Shown in pieces: positions 30,628-40,099 of a stretch of 64,000 bases of DNA (position 1 is the first letter of the stretch; the number at the start of each line of letters is the position of its first letter). Origin of the DNA: a virus; the IMG/VR virus record IMGVR_UViG_3300044816_000098, positions 1 through 64,000 of that record. One strand, given 5' to 3'. The position numbers and the translations under genes were made by a program. The notes below the pieces were generated by a model. That model was not told where the DNA came from, did not search any database, and was given only the letters and a program-made list of their open reading frames with translations.

Positions 30628-30986
30628 GCCCCAGGCGACGCGGATTCCTGGCCTTCGTCGGGGTTCTGGCCTTGAGCGGTCCGTGGGCCCTGCTGGCGAC
30701 TCAGTTGTTCTCCGGCAGCGACCTGAAGGGCGCGACCCTGGGCGGAATCGGGCTGATCTTCCTGATCTCGCTCATCGCGGCCTTCATGGCCGGAGCGGAC
30801 TTGTCCATCTACGAAGACGGGTACGTCCCGCAGCAGCAGCACCAGAGTCCGCCGATGTCCCAGTGGATGCAGGAACAGCGGGCCCACGAGGAGTACATGC
30901 GCAGGCGTGCCGAGGACTCCCGCATGCGCACCCTGATGAACCCGAACAGTCAGCAGGCCCCGCAGACGGACTGGTTCGGGCGCTGA
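30624..30986 (+). CDS. membrane protein (2 TM)
   Basis: Two hydrophobic segments. Confidence 0.6.
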   Translation: MSPRRRGFLAFVGVLALSGPWALLATQLFSGSDLKGATLGGIGLIFLISLIAAFMAGADLSIYEDGYVPQQQHQSPPMSQWMQEQRAHEEYMRRRAEDSRMRTLMNPNSQQAPQTDWFGR

Positions 30987-31017
30987 GCACGATTTTTAAA
31001 TGATGCCCCCTCCGGGG

Positions 31018-31046
31018 TTGTACTCCTGCAATCGCAGGAGTAGAGT
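31018..31046 (+). promoter_or_regulatory. type copy of the repeated promoter/operator; copies start at about 1734, 28836, 30064, 31018, 32662, 34337, 34868, 43044, 44833, 45584, 47588, 49130, 50003, 51914, 53351, 54065, 54450, 56196, 58185, 60298, 62442, 63746
   Basis: TTGTAC-N17-TAGAGT (-35/-10, HrdB/sigma70-like) enclosing palindrome TACTCCTGC-AATC-GCAGGAGTA; all copies lie just upstream of + strand genes. Confidence 0.9.
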
Positions 31047-31089
31047 CTTACTTGTCAGCAGGAACGACAAAGACTCCCCGGAGGCGCAC

Positions 31090-32082
31090 ATGACCCACAC
31101 CACCGAGATCCAGACGATCCGCAACGAGATGGCCATCAAGGGCCTGAGGAACTGCACGCCGGTCGAGATCGACACCGTGCTCTACCACTTCTACGGACTC
31201 CAGTCCCAGGCGCAGGCCGCTTACGAGCAGGCCGACCGGTCCGTTGCGGAATTGCGGATGCAGATCTCCAAGGTGCTGGACGGGGAGAAGGTCCGGGGGA
31301 TCAACACTCCGGCGGATGGTGTTCGTCTCTCCCAGCGGCTGGACACCCAGTTCGCCACCATGCAGCGACTGGAGAGTCAGCGGGACGCGCTCCTCGATGA
31401 GGCCGCCCCCTACGAGCGCCAGTACAACCGTCGCCAGTGGAGCCGCTACTTCCTGGTCCAGAACGACAACGGCCACATCCACAGTTCGATGGGCTGCTCC
31501 ACCTGCAACCGTGAGGGCATCGCCACCCGCTTCGGCTGGCTGGTCGAGCTGTCCGGCAAGGCCGAGGCGGACGTCACCGACGAGGTCGGCCCCAACGCCT
31601 GCACCGTGTGCTACCCGTGGGCCGAGACCATCCGCGAAGAGGCCGAGAAGGGGGCCCGTAAGGCTCGCCAGGACGAGAAGGCGGCCAAGGACGCGGAGAA
31701 GGCCCGGATCGCGGCGGAGAAGGGCATCACCACCCCCGAGGGCCTGCCGCTGAACGTCGGTAACCACGGCTTCCCGGACATCGCCAAGACCCTCCGCACC
31801 GCCGAGATCGCCGCGACGGACTCCCTGGTCGACCTGGTCACCATCCAGCGTGAGGCCCTGGACCCGGAGTACGCCTTCCTCTTCCAGAACGGCCGGACCG
31901 TTGAGGTCCGCACGATGGAGATCACCCTCCGCGCCTGGTACCTGCTCCGCTCGATCGCCGCCAAGAAGGGCCAGACCTTCGAGGAGACCTTCCAGGTCCA
32001 CGAGGCCAAGGCTCAGGCCAAGGTCCGCAAGAACGACCGCGAGTGGGCGAAGGACTTCCGGAACCCGAACCGCAGCAAGTAG
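31090..32082 (+). CDS. actinophage hypothetical protein (HxH/Cys motif)
   Basis: WSRYFLVQNDNGHIHSSMGCSTC...ACTVCYP; promoter and RBS motif upstream. Confidence 0.8.
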   Translation: MTHTTEIQTIRNEMAIKGLRNCTPVEIDTVLYHFYGLQSQAQAAYEQADRSVAELRMQISKVLDGEKVRGINTPADGVRLSQRLDTQFATMQRLESQRDALLDEAAPYERQYNRRQWSRYFLVQNDNGHIHSSMGCSTCNREGIATRFGWLVELSGKAEADVTDEVGPNACTVCYPWAETIREEAEKGARKARQDEKAAKDAEKARIAAEKGITTPEGLPLNVGNHGFPDIAKTLRTAEIAATDSLVDLVTIQREALDPEYAFLFQNGRTVEVRTMEITLRAWYLLRSIAAKKGQTFEETFQVHEAKAQAKVRKNDREWAKDFRNPNRSK

Positions 32083-32138
32083 GACCCCGGAGGGGGCCAT
32101 CCCGGCCCCCTCCTCCGTGTCTCCCCAGGAGGATCCCT

Positions 32139-32366
32139 ATGGATCTGTTCGTCGCCCTGTGTGTCTTGTACCTCTCCGGCTCCATCCTGGTCACCCTCTG
32201 GGTCTCAATCCAGGTGTTCGTCCTGGGCCGGGGAGACCAGTTCGTCGACAAGCACGGGAAGTACCGGGGGACCACCCTGGCAGTCCTGTTCTACGGAGCG
32301 TGGATCACCGGCTACCCGGTCATGTTCCTCGCCCGCTACACCCGGGGCCTGATCAAGGGCGTATAG
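32139..32366 (+). CDS. small membrane protein
   Basis: AGGAGG RBS, 2 TM segments. Confidence 0.6.
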   Translation: MDLFVALCVLYLSGSILVTLWVSIQVFVLGRGDQFVDKHGKYRGTTLAVLFYGAWITGYPVMFLARYTRGLIKGV

Positions 32367-32402
32367 CTCACCTCTTCCATCCCGACTCCCTCGGAGGTCC
32401 AC

Positions 32403-32657
32403 ATGAAGCTCATCGACTTGCAGACCGGCTACTTCGCTCACCCGGAGCGCCCGCAGGCGACGTTCCCCGAGATCCACGCGGTCACCCCGGACAAGACCCC
32501 GGTGTGCGGCCTGGCCGTCCAGGGGGACTTCGAGTACCAGTGGTGCTCCCGCACGCTGGAGTGGTCGTACATCGACTGCACGGCCTGCGAGGACAAGCTC
32601 CAGGCCATGGCTGACCACGAGAAGCTGGGCCAGCAGATGCTGGCGAAGTTCGTCTGA
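32403..32657 (+). CDS. hypothetical protein
   Basis: GACTCCCTCGGAGG RBS motif. Confidence 0.7.
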   Translation: MKLIDLQTGYFAHPERPQATFPEIHAVTPDKTPVCGLAVQGDFEYQWCSRTLEWSYIDCTACEDKLQAMADHEKLGQQMLAKFV

Positions 32658-32735
32658 GGGGTTGTACTCCTGCAATTGCGGGAGTAGAGTCTCACTCATC
32701 AGCACAACGCATCACCGACTCCTCGGAGGCTCCAC

Positions 32736-32951
32736 ATGGCGATCACCCTGAACCCGCAGTCCGTCCGGCTCGCGAACGCTCTTCGCCCCCGGACAGCGGT
32801 CCAGACCATGGGAGCAGACCAGTTCACCGCCGAGGGCGAGTGCGAGGACTGCGGCTACGCGAACCCGATGGAGTTCGAGATGGTCGGCTTCGACGAGGCC
32901 CGTGCCGAATGCCCCGGCTGCGGGGTTGAGGTCACCAAGATCGTCGAGTAG
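32736..32951 (+). CDS. small Zn-ribbon protein
   Basis: CEDC and CPGC; promoter and RBS motif. Confidence 0.7.
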   Translation: MAITLNPQSVRLANALRPRTAVQTMGADQFTAEGECEDCGYANPMEFEMVGFDEARAECPGCGVEVTKIVE

Positions 32952-32995
32952 GTGCGGTTCACGATTTAAAAACCCACTAGGCCCTGGAGGCCCAC

Positions 32996-33628
32996 ATGAC
33001 CGACACCAACATGCTCAAGTACTTCACCGCCCTCGCCGAGGCCATCCGGGACGGTGGGGATGTGTCCCAGGCCGCCGACATGCTGGAGCGGGAGTTCGGC
33101 GACAAGCTCACCTACGACACCGACGATCTCCGCGAGTTCATCGCCAACAACGAGTATGAGGACCGCGAGATCCTCGCCGAGGGCATCGCCGACATCATGG
33201 CCGGTCAGGAGGGGTTCGGGGCGGAGATCTTCAAGAACTACGCCACCGGCGTCTACCCGCACCCGTACAGCCCCCGCCGGTCCTGGATCATGCTGGCCGA
33301 CGCCATCGGCAAGTACCTGGACCACAATGAGGACGCGGCCCGCTGGCTCAACCAGGTCGTCGACCTGCTTCCGATCGACGACTCGACCCGGCTCCTGCTG
33401 ATCGAGGGGTTCGGCACCCTGCGGAGCAACAAGACGGACAGCCGCACGAACATCGCCCGCATCTTCGCTCTCATCCTGAGCGGCCAGGAGAAGTTCGACA
33501 CCGGCCGCTTCATCTTCCACGCCACTTCGAACGACACGGACAACAAGTGGAAGTACAACGAGCTGTTCCCCGAGGCCGCGATGAAGACCACGATCGAGGG
33601 CGGCGGAGAGACCGTCATCGTCCTGTAG
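32996..33628 (+). CDS. hypothetical protein
   Basis: GGAGG RBS, GC3 bias, followed by terminator. Confidence 0.75.
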   Translation: MTDTNMLKYFTALAEAIRDGGDVSQAADMLEREFGDKLTYDTDDLREFIANNEYEDREILAEGIADIMAGQEGFGAEIFKNYATGVYPHPYSPRRSWIMLADAIGKYLDHNEDAARWLNQVVDLLPIDDSTRLLLIEGFGTLRSNKTDSRTNIARIFALILSGQEKFDTGRFIFHATSNDTDNKWKYNELFPEAAMKTTIEGGGETVIVL

Positions 33629-33645
33629 TACCCGGCACCAACAGT

Positions 33646-33671
33646 GGGCCCCGCTTCGGCGGGGCCCTTCT
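33646..33671 (+). terminator. terminator hairpin with UUCG loop
   Basis: GGGCCCCGC TTCG GCGGGGCCC TTCT. Confidence 0.7.
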
Positions 33672-33898
33672 GTATGCAACGACCGAATCAAGCGGCACAC
33701 TGGGGAGATGAAGATCCAGCCTGCCGTGTATCCGCAGCGCTCGTGCCGGGATCACGTCTGGGGTGTCCATCAGGCATATGCCTGCGAGATCCCCGAGATG
33801 CACAACGGTCCGTGTGTGTCCCTTTCGGTCCGGGCATCTATCCAGCGACGAGAGTCGTGGGAGGCTCAGCAGGACGCCCAGCGAGAGGAGCAGACCTC

Positions 33899-34270
33899 AT
33901 GACGACCACCGATCATCAGATCCCGGCCCAGGTAACTTCCGGTCAGACCGTGGACACCACCGAGGACGGCCTTCCGGCCATCGCCCCGTCCTTCATGCAG
34001 CACGGCGCCCCGATCTCGGATCCCGGTGAGGCCCTGCGCAACCCGTACGCGGCCGACCTGAACCGGCTGAACTCGTTCCTGATGGAGCGGTACCCCGAGC
34101 AGATGAACCGGACCAACCGTCCGGTCCAGGAGACTCCCGTGGATACCGCCATCCGGCTCCTGAGCGGCCTCTCCGCCACCGGCGTCTTCGCCAGGTGCTC
34201 CGAGTCCTACTGCAACCTGCCGGAGGCGCACGACGGCGACCACGGCTTCGTGCAGTACGCCCCTCGGTAG
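33899..34270 (+). CDS. hypothetical protein
   Basis: GAGGAG RBS; C-terminal C..C...H...H. Confidence 0.6.
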   Translation: MTTTDHQIPAQVTSGQTVDTTEDGLPAIAPSFMQHGAPISDPGEALRNPYAADLNRLNSFLMERYPEQMNRTNRPVQETPVDTAIRLLSGLSATGVFARCSESYCNLPEAHDGDHGFVQYAPR

Positions 34271-34403
34271 ACCCGATCCGGCAGGCCCCTCCTCCGGGAG
34301 GGGCCGCAGTCGTTTCAAGTGGTTCCGTGTCGGGGGTTGTACTACAAGGATTCCAGTAGTAGAGTCAGAGACGTCAAGCCAGACCGACTCCCTGGAGGAC
34401 ACC

Positions 34404-34751
34404 ATGACCTACAACATCCCGACCCACCTGCGGGGATCCGTCCGAACTGCCCTCAGTCACTTCACCGTCATCGACGAGGACCAGCGCTTCGAGGGCCTGA
34501 ACCTCGGGATGCTGGCGGAGGGCTGGTGGAACATCTCGTCCTCGGTCATCGGCTGGGCGAACGAGCTGGACGACCGGCAGGTCCGGGAGCTTCTCGCCGT
34601 GCTGTCCCCGATCGCCGAGTACGCCGCCGAGAACAACTACGGCGCGGAGTCGGACGAGCTGAGCTTCCCTGAGGACGTGAAGCTCGCCAACCAGTCCGAG
34701 GAGATCATCGCGTGGTTCACCGACGTCGCCCTGACATCGGCCCTGCGTTGA
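34404..34751 (+). CDS. hypothetical protein
   Basis: Promoter 34337 and RBS motif. Confidence 0.75.
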   Translation: MTYNIPTHLRGSVRTALSHFTVIDEDQRFEGLNLGMLAEGWWNISSSVIGWANELDDRQVRELLAVLSPIAEYAAENNYGAESDELSFPEDVKLANQSEEIIAWFTDVALTSALR

Positions 34752-34937
34752 GGGGCAGGCGCCGCAAGGCGGGTCGCGGTGGTTCCGGAGAGAGTTGGGC
34801 CGGAGCGATCGGAGATCTCATCGGCGACATCATGGGGGCCATCGTCGAAGCCATCTTCCGTTGGTAGTTGTACTCCTGCAATTCCCGTAGTAGGGTCATC
34901 AGTACACCAGCGCATCACCGACTCCCCGGAGACTCAC

Positions 34938-35666
34938 ATGAAGACCAGTGAAATCGCCAGCGGTCTCGTCTACGCCCACAAGAAGACTCGGGTGTGGGGC
35001 CAGGCCGAGGCGGCCCTCGTACTGGACACCAAGCTCTGGACCAGGGGCGAGGTGTGGCGGTCGGACGCGGACAAGGGCAGCCGCCGGGTCTACGAGATCG
35101 GCCTCGCGTCGGAGGGTTCTCGGGCCCGTGCGTCCACCTACGGCCACGGCGAGGTGGGGATTCCGGTCCTGATCACCTCGGAGTTCTACTTCCAGCGGAC
35201 GGGCGACGACAAGATCCAGGAGACCGCCGAGGCCCTGCTGACGCAGGCCGCGATCCAGATGGACGTGGAGAATCTCCACGGTCGCTACGAGAAGGGCCAG
35301 TATCCGGACTCCGAGGCGAAGGTGACCGCCACCACGGCGGACGGAAGCAAGGTCACCGTGGTCGTCCGACTGGCCCTGGTGGCGCCCCAGACGATCCTGG
35401 CGCTCTGGAACGAGTACCTCCAGGCGGCGATCGACGAGAAGCAGCGCCGGATGGCGTACGAGGCCAGGCAGCGCGGCGAGGCCAATCGGGCCCGTGACGA
35501 GACCCTGGACGTCGCCAACCGGCTGAACGCCCTGCTGGGGGAGAACCCCGACCGCCACGAGACCGGTCACCGCAGCGACCTCAAGCGCAAGAACGACGGG
35601 GACTTCCAGATCAAGCCGGAGGCACTCCTCGCCCTCATCGAGCTGGCCGAAGCCGGTCGGCAGTGA
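34938..35666 (+). CDS. hypothetical protein
   Basis: Promoter 34868 and RBS motif. Confidence 0.75.
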   Translation: MKTSEIASGLVYAHKKTRVWGQAEAALVLDTKLWTRGEVWRSDADKGSRRVYEIGLASEGSRARASTYGHGEVGIPVLITSEFYFQRTGDDKIQETAEALLTQAAIQMDVENLHGRYEKGQYPDSEAKVTATTADGSKVTVVVRLALVAPQTILALWNEYLQAAIDEKQRRMAYEARQRGEANRARDETLDVANRLNALLGENPDRHETGHRSDLKRKNDGDFQIKPEALLALIELAEAGRQ

Positions 35667-36283
35667 TCTTCCTTCCGGGTGAATACGTAGAGGTCGGGCA
35701 CGCCAAGCTGAACACCGGGGACGTCATCCTCTACGGCCGCGAGCCCCACCTGATCGTGCGCAAGGACCACCTCGGTGCCGGGCCCAAGCTGCGGATGCAG
35801 AACCTGTCCAGCCGCAAGGTCCTGGAGATCTTCCCCAAGTCGTACACGCGCCTCAAGCGCCTGCGCGCCCCCAGGAAGCACCAGGACGGCAAGGTCTGGA
35901 CGATGGCCTGCGGAGACGTGGTGCTGTACCCCGCCACGAGGAGCGCCCCGCCGGAGGTGGCGATCCGTCACATCCACGGCTGGTACTCCTCCGGGGGTTC
36001 GCCGGTGGTCCGGGCCGACGTCCACATCTTCAAGGCGCTGACCTCGAATACCGCCCTGGCGGTAAGGAATTCGCATCTGTTGAACGCTGTACCTATCCGC
36101 CGCCCGCACCGCATCGGTACGGTGGCGGCCGTCCGGAGCCTGAAAGTGCGGGAACCGACGGCCTGGGTCTGCGTGGGGCGGAACCTGTGGCGCTCGACCA
36201 GTGGGGTCGAAGCGTCGGACCTGATGATCGAGTTCGAATTGCAGCGCGGGATGTACGCGCTGCTCTACGAACCGGACGCGTAG
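35663..36283 (+). CDS. hypothetical basic protein
   Basis: GTGA overlap. Confidence 0.6.
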   Translation: MIFLPGEYVEVGHAKLNTGDVILYGREPHLIVRKDHLGAGPKLRMQNLSSRKVLEIFPKSYTRLKRLRAPRKHQDGKVWTMACGDVVLYPATRSAPPEVAIRHIHGWYSSGGSPVVRADVHIFKALTSNTALAVRNSHLLNAVPIRRPHRIGTVAAVRSLKVREPTAWVCVGRNLWRSTSGVEASDLMIEFELQRGMYALLYEPDA

Positions 36284-36294
36284 GAGGAGACCAG

Positions 36295-36753
36295 ATGATA
36301 GCCACCCCGATATACGACCAGATGCTCGCCGAGCGCGGGGGACGGCCGCCGGGCGGTCTGGCCGAGGAGGACTTCACCGCGCTGCTGTTGCCGCCGCCGG
36401 TCGAACTGCCGGTGGCGGACCCCGAGGACGAGACGGCCCTGATCACCGAGGCGTCGAGCCTCCTGCCCGCCGAGGTCGAGCGGGTGGTCCTGGTGAAGGC
36501 CCCCAAGGCGCCGGTGGACGATAACGCCGCGCCGGACGAATGCCTGGACTCGGAACTGTGCACCAAGGCGGACCCCTGCCCCGTCTGCGGCCCGGAGGAG
36601 TACGACCCGGACCCGGAGGAGACCCAGGAGATGAAAACCCCGGAGAACCCCCCTCAGGCCCCGCCGAAGGTGTCCGAGAAGAAGGTCTCCTCCCCGGCCG
36701 CCGGTCGTGTCCGCACCAGGACCCGCACCGGCGTCGTGAACGGCAAGAAGTAA
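36295..36753 (+). CDS. hypothetical Pro/Glu-rich protein
   Basis: AGGAGGAG RBS. Confidence 0.6.
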   Translation: MIATPIYDQMLAERGGRPPGGLAEEDFTALLLPPPVELPVADPEDETALITEASSLLPAEVERVVLVKAPKAPVDDNAAPDECLDSELCTKADPCPVCGPEEYDPDPEETQEMKTPENPPQAPPKVSEKKVSSPAAGRVRTRTRTGVVNGKK

Positions 36754-36991
36754 CCCACCCGATCGTCTGAGCTTCACTCCCCGAGGAGCGCACCATGATC
36801 ATGAACCTGATCGAGGCGATTATCGGCATAGGTGCCGTCGTGATGATCGCGAAGAACCCGGGCACCCGGCGCGGAGTCCAGGTCTTCTTCAAGCCGGACG
36901 GGCGGCACCGCCTTCCGCAGGACTGACGTTCTGTAGGACGCCGCTGCTACGATCCGCATCCCCTTCCCGCCAGAGACACAAGGAGGCCCTG

Positions 36992-37807
36992 ATGGGCCGT
37001 GAAATTCACCGCGTACCACTCGACTTCGACTGGGAGATCGACAAGACCTGGAAGGGCTACCTCCCGCCCAAGGAACTGGAGGAAACGGTCTGTCCCGACT
37101 GCCATGGCCAGGGGGATACCTCGGCCCGTGCGTGGGTGCAGGGGATCGTCTACCTGCTGGGGATGCTCGCCCGGGATCTCGGTGACCAGAAGTACGGCCG
37201 ACGGATCCACCCCTACCTCAGCGAACTGCCCCGGTCTCCCGATGACGGCGGAGAACTCGACCATGAGACGAGGAAGTGGATCCGGCTCCCGCAGATCCGC
37301 CGTGTGAGCGAGGACATCGTTCCTCTGCTGGCCGGTCTCACCGGTCAGCCTGCGGAAGAGCTGACCAACCGCATGATGTCGGACCCGAGCTACCCGATCA
37401 ACGACGTCCTGATCAAGGCGGCTGGGCTGGATCCCAAGACCTGGGGCTGGTGCATCACCTGCAAGGCGCACGGCTCTCTGGAGAAGTACGAGGGCCAGCG
37501 GGCCGAGGCCGAGGCGTGGGAGCGCACCGACCCGCCGAAGGGCGAGGGGTGGCAGCTCTGGCAGACCGTGAGCGAAGGATCCCCGATCTCCCCGGTGTTC
37601 GCCACTGCCGAGGAACTGGCCCGGTGGATGACCACCCCGGCGTACCACTGGGGTGCCTCCCGTGGGGAGGAGATTTCCTATGAAGGCGCGCTGGCCTTCG
37701 TCAACGTGGGCTGGGCTCCCTCGGGGATGGTCACCCGCGAGCATGGCGTGGAGACCGGAGAGCAGTTCATCGGCCGTACCGAGCTGGAGAAGGGCGAGGA
37801 CGCATGA
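36992..37807 (+). CDS. phage hypothetical protein with split CxxCxGxG motifs
   Basis: CPDCHGQG, CITCKAHG, PPKGEGWQLWQTVSEGSPISPVF. Confidence 0.8.
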   Translation: MGREIHRVPLDFDWEIDKTWKGYLPPKELEETVCPDCHGQGDTSARAWVQGIVYLLGMLARDLGDQKYGRRIHPYLSELPRSPDDGGELDHETRKWIRLPQIRRVSEDIVPLLAGLTGQPAEELTNRMMSDPSYPINDVLIKAAGLDPKTWGWCITCKAHGSLEKYEGQRAEAEAWERTDPPKGEGWQLWQTVSEGSPISPVFATAEELARWMTTPAYHWGASRGEEISYEGALAFVNVGWAPSGMVTREHGVETGEQFIGRTELEKGEDA

Positions 37808-38724
37808 GTTACGTCGCATTCCACTTTGCCGAGGGTGAAGTACTGCACCTGCGCGGCATGGAGCGGGGCTATCTGGGGCACCTGGCCGACTCGACAGCTG
37901 TCGGGGCGATCGGGCTGACCGCAGGCACGTTCGGCGGTGTCGGACGGGTCCTGGAGCAGATCTATCCGTTCCTGGACAAGGACTTCCATCAGGGCTGGCC
38001 GCCCTCGGACAAGAGCCTTCAGCAGAGGTTCGCCGACAACTTGCAGAACAGCTTCTTCGACCGGCCCCTCTTCTCCTGGAAGGGCAAGGCCATCGCGACG
38101 TGGCCGCTCATGCTGAACACGGCGCTGGCCGTGGGCTCTTCTCCCATCCGGATGGCCGCCAAGATCCACGCGACGTGTGAGATCCACGGCCGGATCGAGG
38201 GGCCGGACCGGGCCTGGGTGGCCGACGTCATCGAAGAAGGGCTGAGGTCCTGTCTCTACCGGCCGGGGTTCTTCACCACGAAGAACCCGATGGCGGAACT
38301 GATCATCGGTTCGAAGCAGGAAGGCACCCTGACCGAGGAGGACAAGGAGCAGGTCTTCGTCTCCATGGGCTGGACAGAGATCGTCGAGCAGCTCCGGAAG
38401 TCGGACCAGGGTGCGGTGGTGATGTCCTACTCCGTCACCGACGGCTTCCCAGATCCTCCGAAGGAATGGATGCCGACCGGTACCCCGCCGGAGGACTGGG
38501 ACCAGGTGTACGACTGGCGGTGGGAGGAGTGGGGCGACCTCTCGTACGAGGAGCAGTTCCGGCTGGCCCTGGACGAGATCAAGGCCACCTCGGGGAACGC
38601 GTCCATCTCCAAGTGGACCGAGCTGAACCTCTTCCAGCACGAGCTGAACCTCTTCGACCTGATCCGGGGAGACATCCCGAAGATCGAGAAGTGCCTGAAG
38701 ATCACCCCTGAGGTCGCGGAGTGA
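37804..38724 (+). CDS. hypothetical protein
   Basis: ATGA overlap, GC3 bias. Confidence 0.7.
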   Translation: MSYVAFHFAEGEVLHLRGMERGYLGHLADSTAVGAIGLTAGTFGGVGRVLEQIYPFLDKDFHQGWPPSDKSLQQRFADNLQNSFFDRPLFSWKGKAIATWPLMLNTALAVGSSPIRMAAKIHATCEIHGRIEGPDRAWVADVIEEGLRSCLYRPGFFTTKNPMAELIIGSKQEGTLTEEDKEQVFVSMGWTEIVEQLRKSDQGAVVMSYSVTDGFPDPPKEWMPTGTPPEDWDQVYDWRWEEWGDLSYEEQFRLALDEIKATSGNASISKWTELNLFQHELNLFDLIRGDIPKIEKCLKITPEVAE

Positions 38725-38999
38725 GCGCCCCGGTGCAGGAGATCCAGCAGTTCATCCTGGATCGGCTTGAGGAGAACGTCGAGGGGATCCCCGGGTGGCA
38801 GATCATCCTGGATCGCCGCCTGACGAAGTTGCACGGGATCGAGGCTGGGCTGTGCACCGAGTGCGCCCAGCCTGCGGTGGAGGGGTGCTCCTGCGGCCAG
38901 TCGGTGGAGCCCTCGTTGCGCCCCTGCAACACCCTGTGCTTCATGGCGCTCCGCTGGGCCGAGCACGCGAAATTCAACCCGAAGTGGAACATCCTGTGA
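38721..38999 (+). CDS. hypothetical protein
   Basis: GTGA overlaps at both ends. Confidence 0.6.
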   Translation: MSAPVQEIQQFILDRLEENVEGIPGWQIILDRRLTKLHGIEAGLCTECAQPAVEGCSCGQSVEPSLRPCNTLCFMALRWAEHAKFNPKWNIL

Positions 39000-39400
39000 C
39001 AGAGCTTGACGATCTGGACGAGACCCCGGAGTTCGATCCGGGGAACCTCGCCATCAACATCACCCGGTACACCATCCCGTACTGGGTGACGCACTGCGAA
39101 GAGCGGGCCTTCACGCTGGAGAGCCGGGGGCACATCGGGGAAGACCGCTGGGCCCTTCTGGACGCGCCCCACTGCTTCAACAAGCGGACGGGGGAGTTCG
39201 AGTACGAACTCCGTCCCTCCTCTCGGGACGACGATTTTCTCCGTGACTGCCGGATGACGCTGGAAGAGGCCATCCCTCACGTCAAGGAGCAGGTTGCCCT
39301 CAAGCGTGTGGCCGTGCGGGAGCAGATGACCCGCATCCTCCAGCGCAATGCCGAGCGGGAGGCCGCCAAGGCCAAGACGAAGGAGGGGCCCAGTGGTTGA
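38996..39400 (+). CDS. hypothetical protein
   Basis: GTGA overlap; FEYELRPSSRDDDFL. Confidence 0.65.
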   Translation: MTELDDLDETPEFDPGNLAINITRYTIPYWVTHCEERAFTLESRGHIGEDRWALLDAPHCFNKRTGEFEYELRPSSRDDDFLRDCRMTLEEAIPHVKEQVALKRVAVREQMTRILQRNAEREAAKAKTKEGPSG

Positions 39401-40097
39401 GGACGACAACGAGATCTCCCGTCACATCCTGCTCTCCGGCGTGGTCGGCTCGACCGCGTACGGACTGGACCACCAGGGGTCGGACATCGACCGGATGGGC
39501 GTTTTCGCCTACCCGACGCAGAACGTGCTGGGGCTGCACGTCCCCAAGGACTCGATCGTCTCCACCAAGCCGGATATCACCCTCCACGAGGTCCGCAAGT
39601 TCTTGGGCCTCGCCCTGAACGGCAACCCGTCGATCATGGAGATGATGTGGCTGGAACAGTACGAGGTGGTCTCCGCCTGGGGTGCGGACCTGATCGAGAT
39701 CCGGCAGGCGTTTCTCACGGCGAGGTCCGTCCGGGACTCCTACTTCGGGTACGCCATGAGCCAGTTCAAGAGGCTCTCGACCCGGGGCAACGGCACCTTC
39801 TCCTCTGACCTCGGCAAGCGGACCGAGAAGCACGCGCGGCACCTCATGCGCCTGGTGGAGCAGGGGTTCTCCCTCTACACCACCGGCGAACTGTCGATCA
39901 AGGTCGACAACCCGGAGCAGTACCACGCCTTCGGCAAGACCGTGGCGGCCGGGAACCTGAACGCGGCTCAGACGTACCTGATGAAAGCGGAGGATCGCTT
40001 CAACCAGGCGACCACTGTGCTTCCTGACCGGCCGAACGAGCGCCGGGTGGAGAAGTGGCTGCTGGGTGTCCGGAAGGACTTCTTCTTCGAGGAGTGA
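39393..40097 (+). CDS. Pol-beta superfamily nucleotidyltransferase (RlaP/YcgL-like)
   Basis: VVGSTAYGL...SDIDRMGVF, GNPSIME, KHARHLMRL. Confidence 0.85.
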   Translation: MVEDDNEISRHILLSGVVGSTAYGLDHQGSDIDRMGVFAYPTQNVLGLHVPKDSIVSTKPDITLHEVRKFLGLALNGNPSIMEMMWLEQYEVVSAWGADLIEIRQAFLTARSVRDSYFGYAMSQFKRLSTRGNGTFSSDLGKRTEKHARHLMRLVEQGFSLYTTGELSIKVDNPEQYHAFGKTVAAGNLNAAQTYLMKAEDRFNQATTVLPDRPNERRVEKWLLGVRKDFFFEE

Positions 40098-40099
40098 TC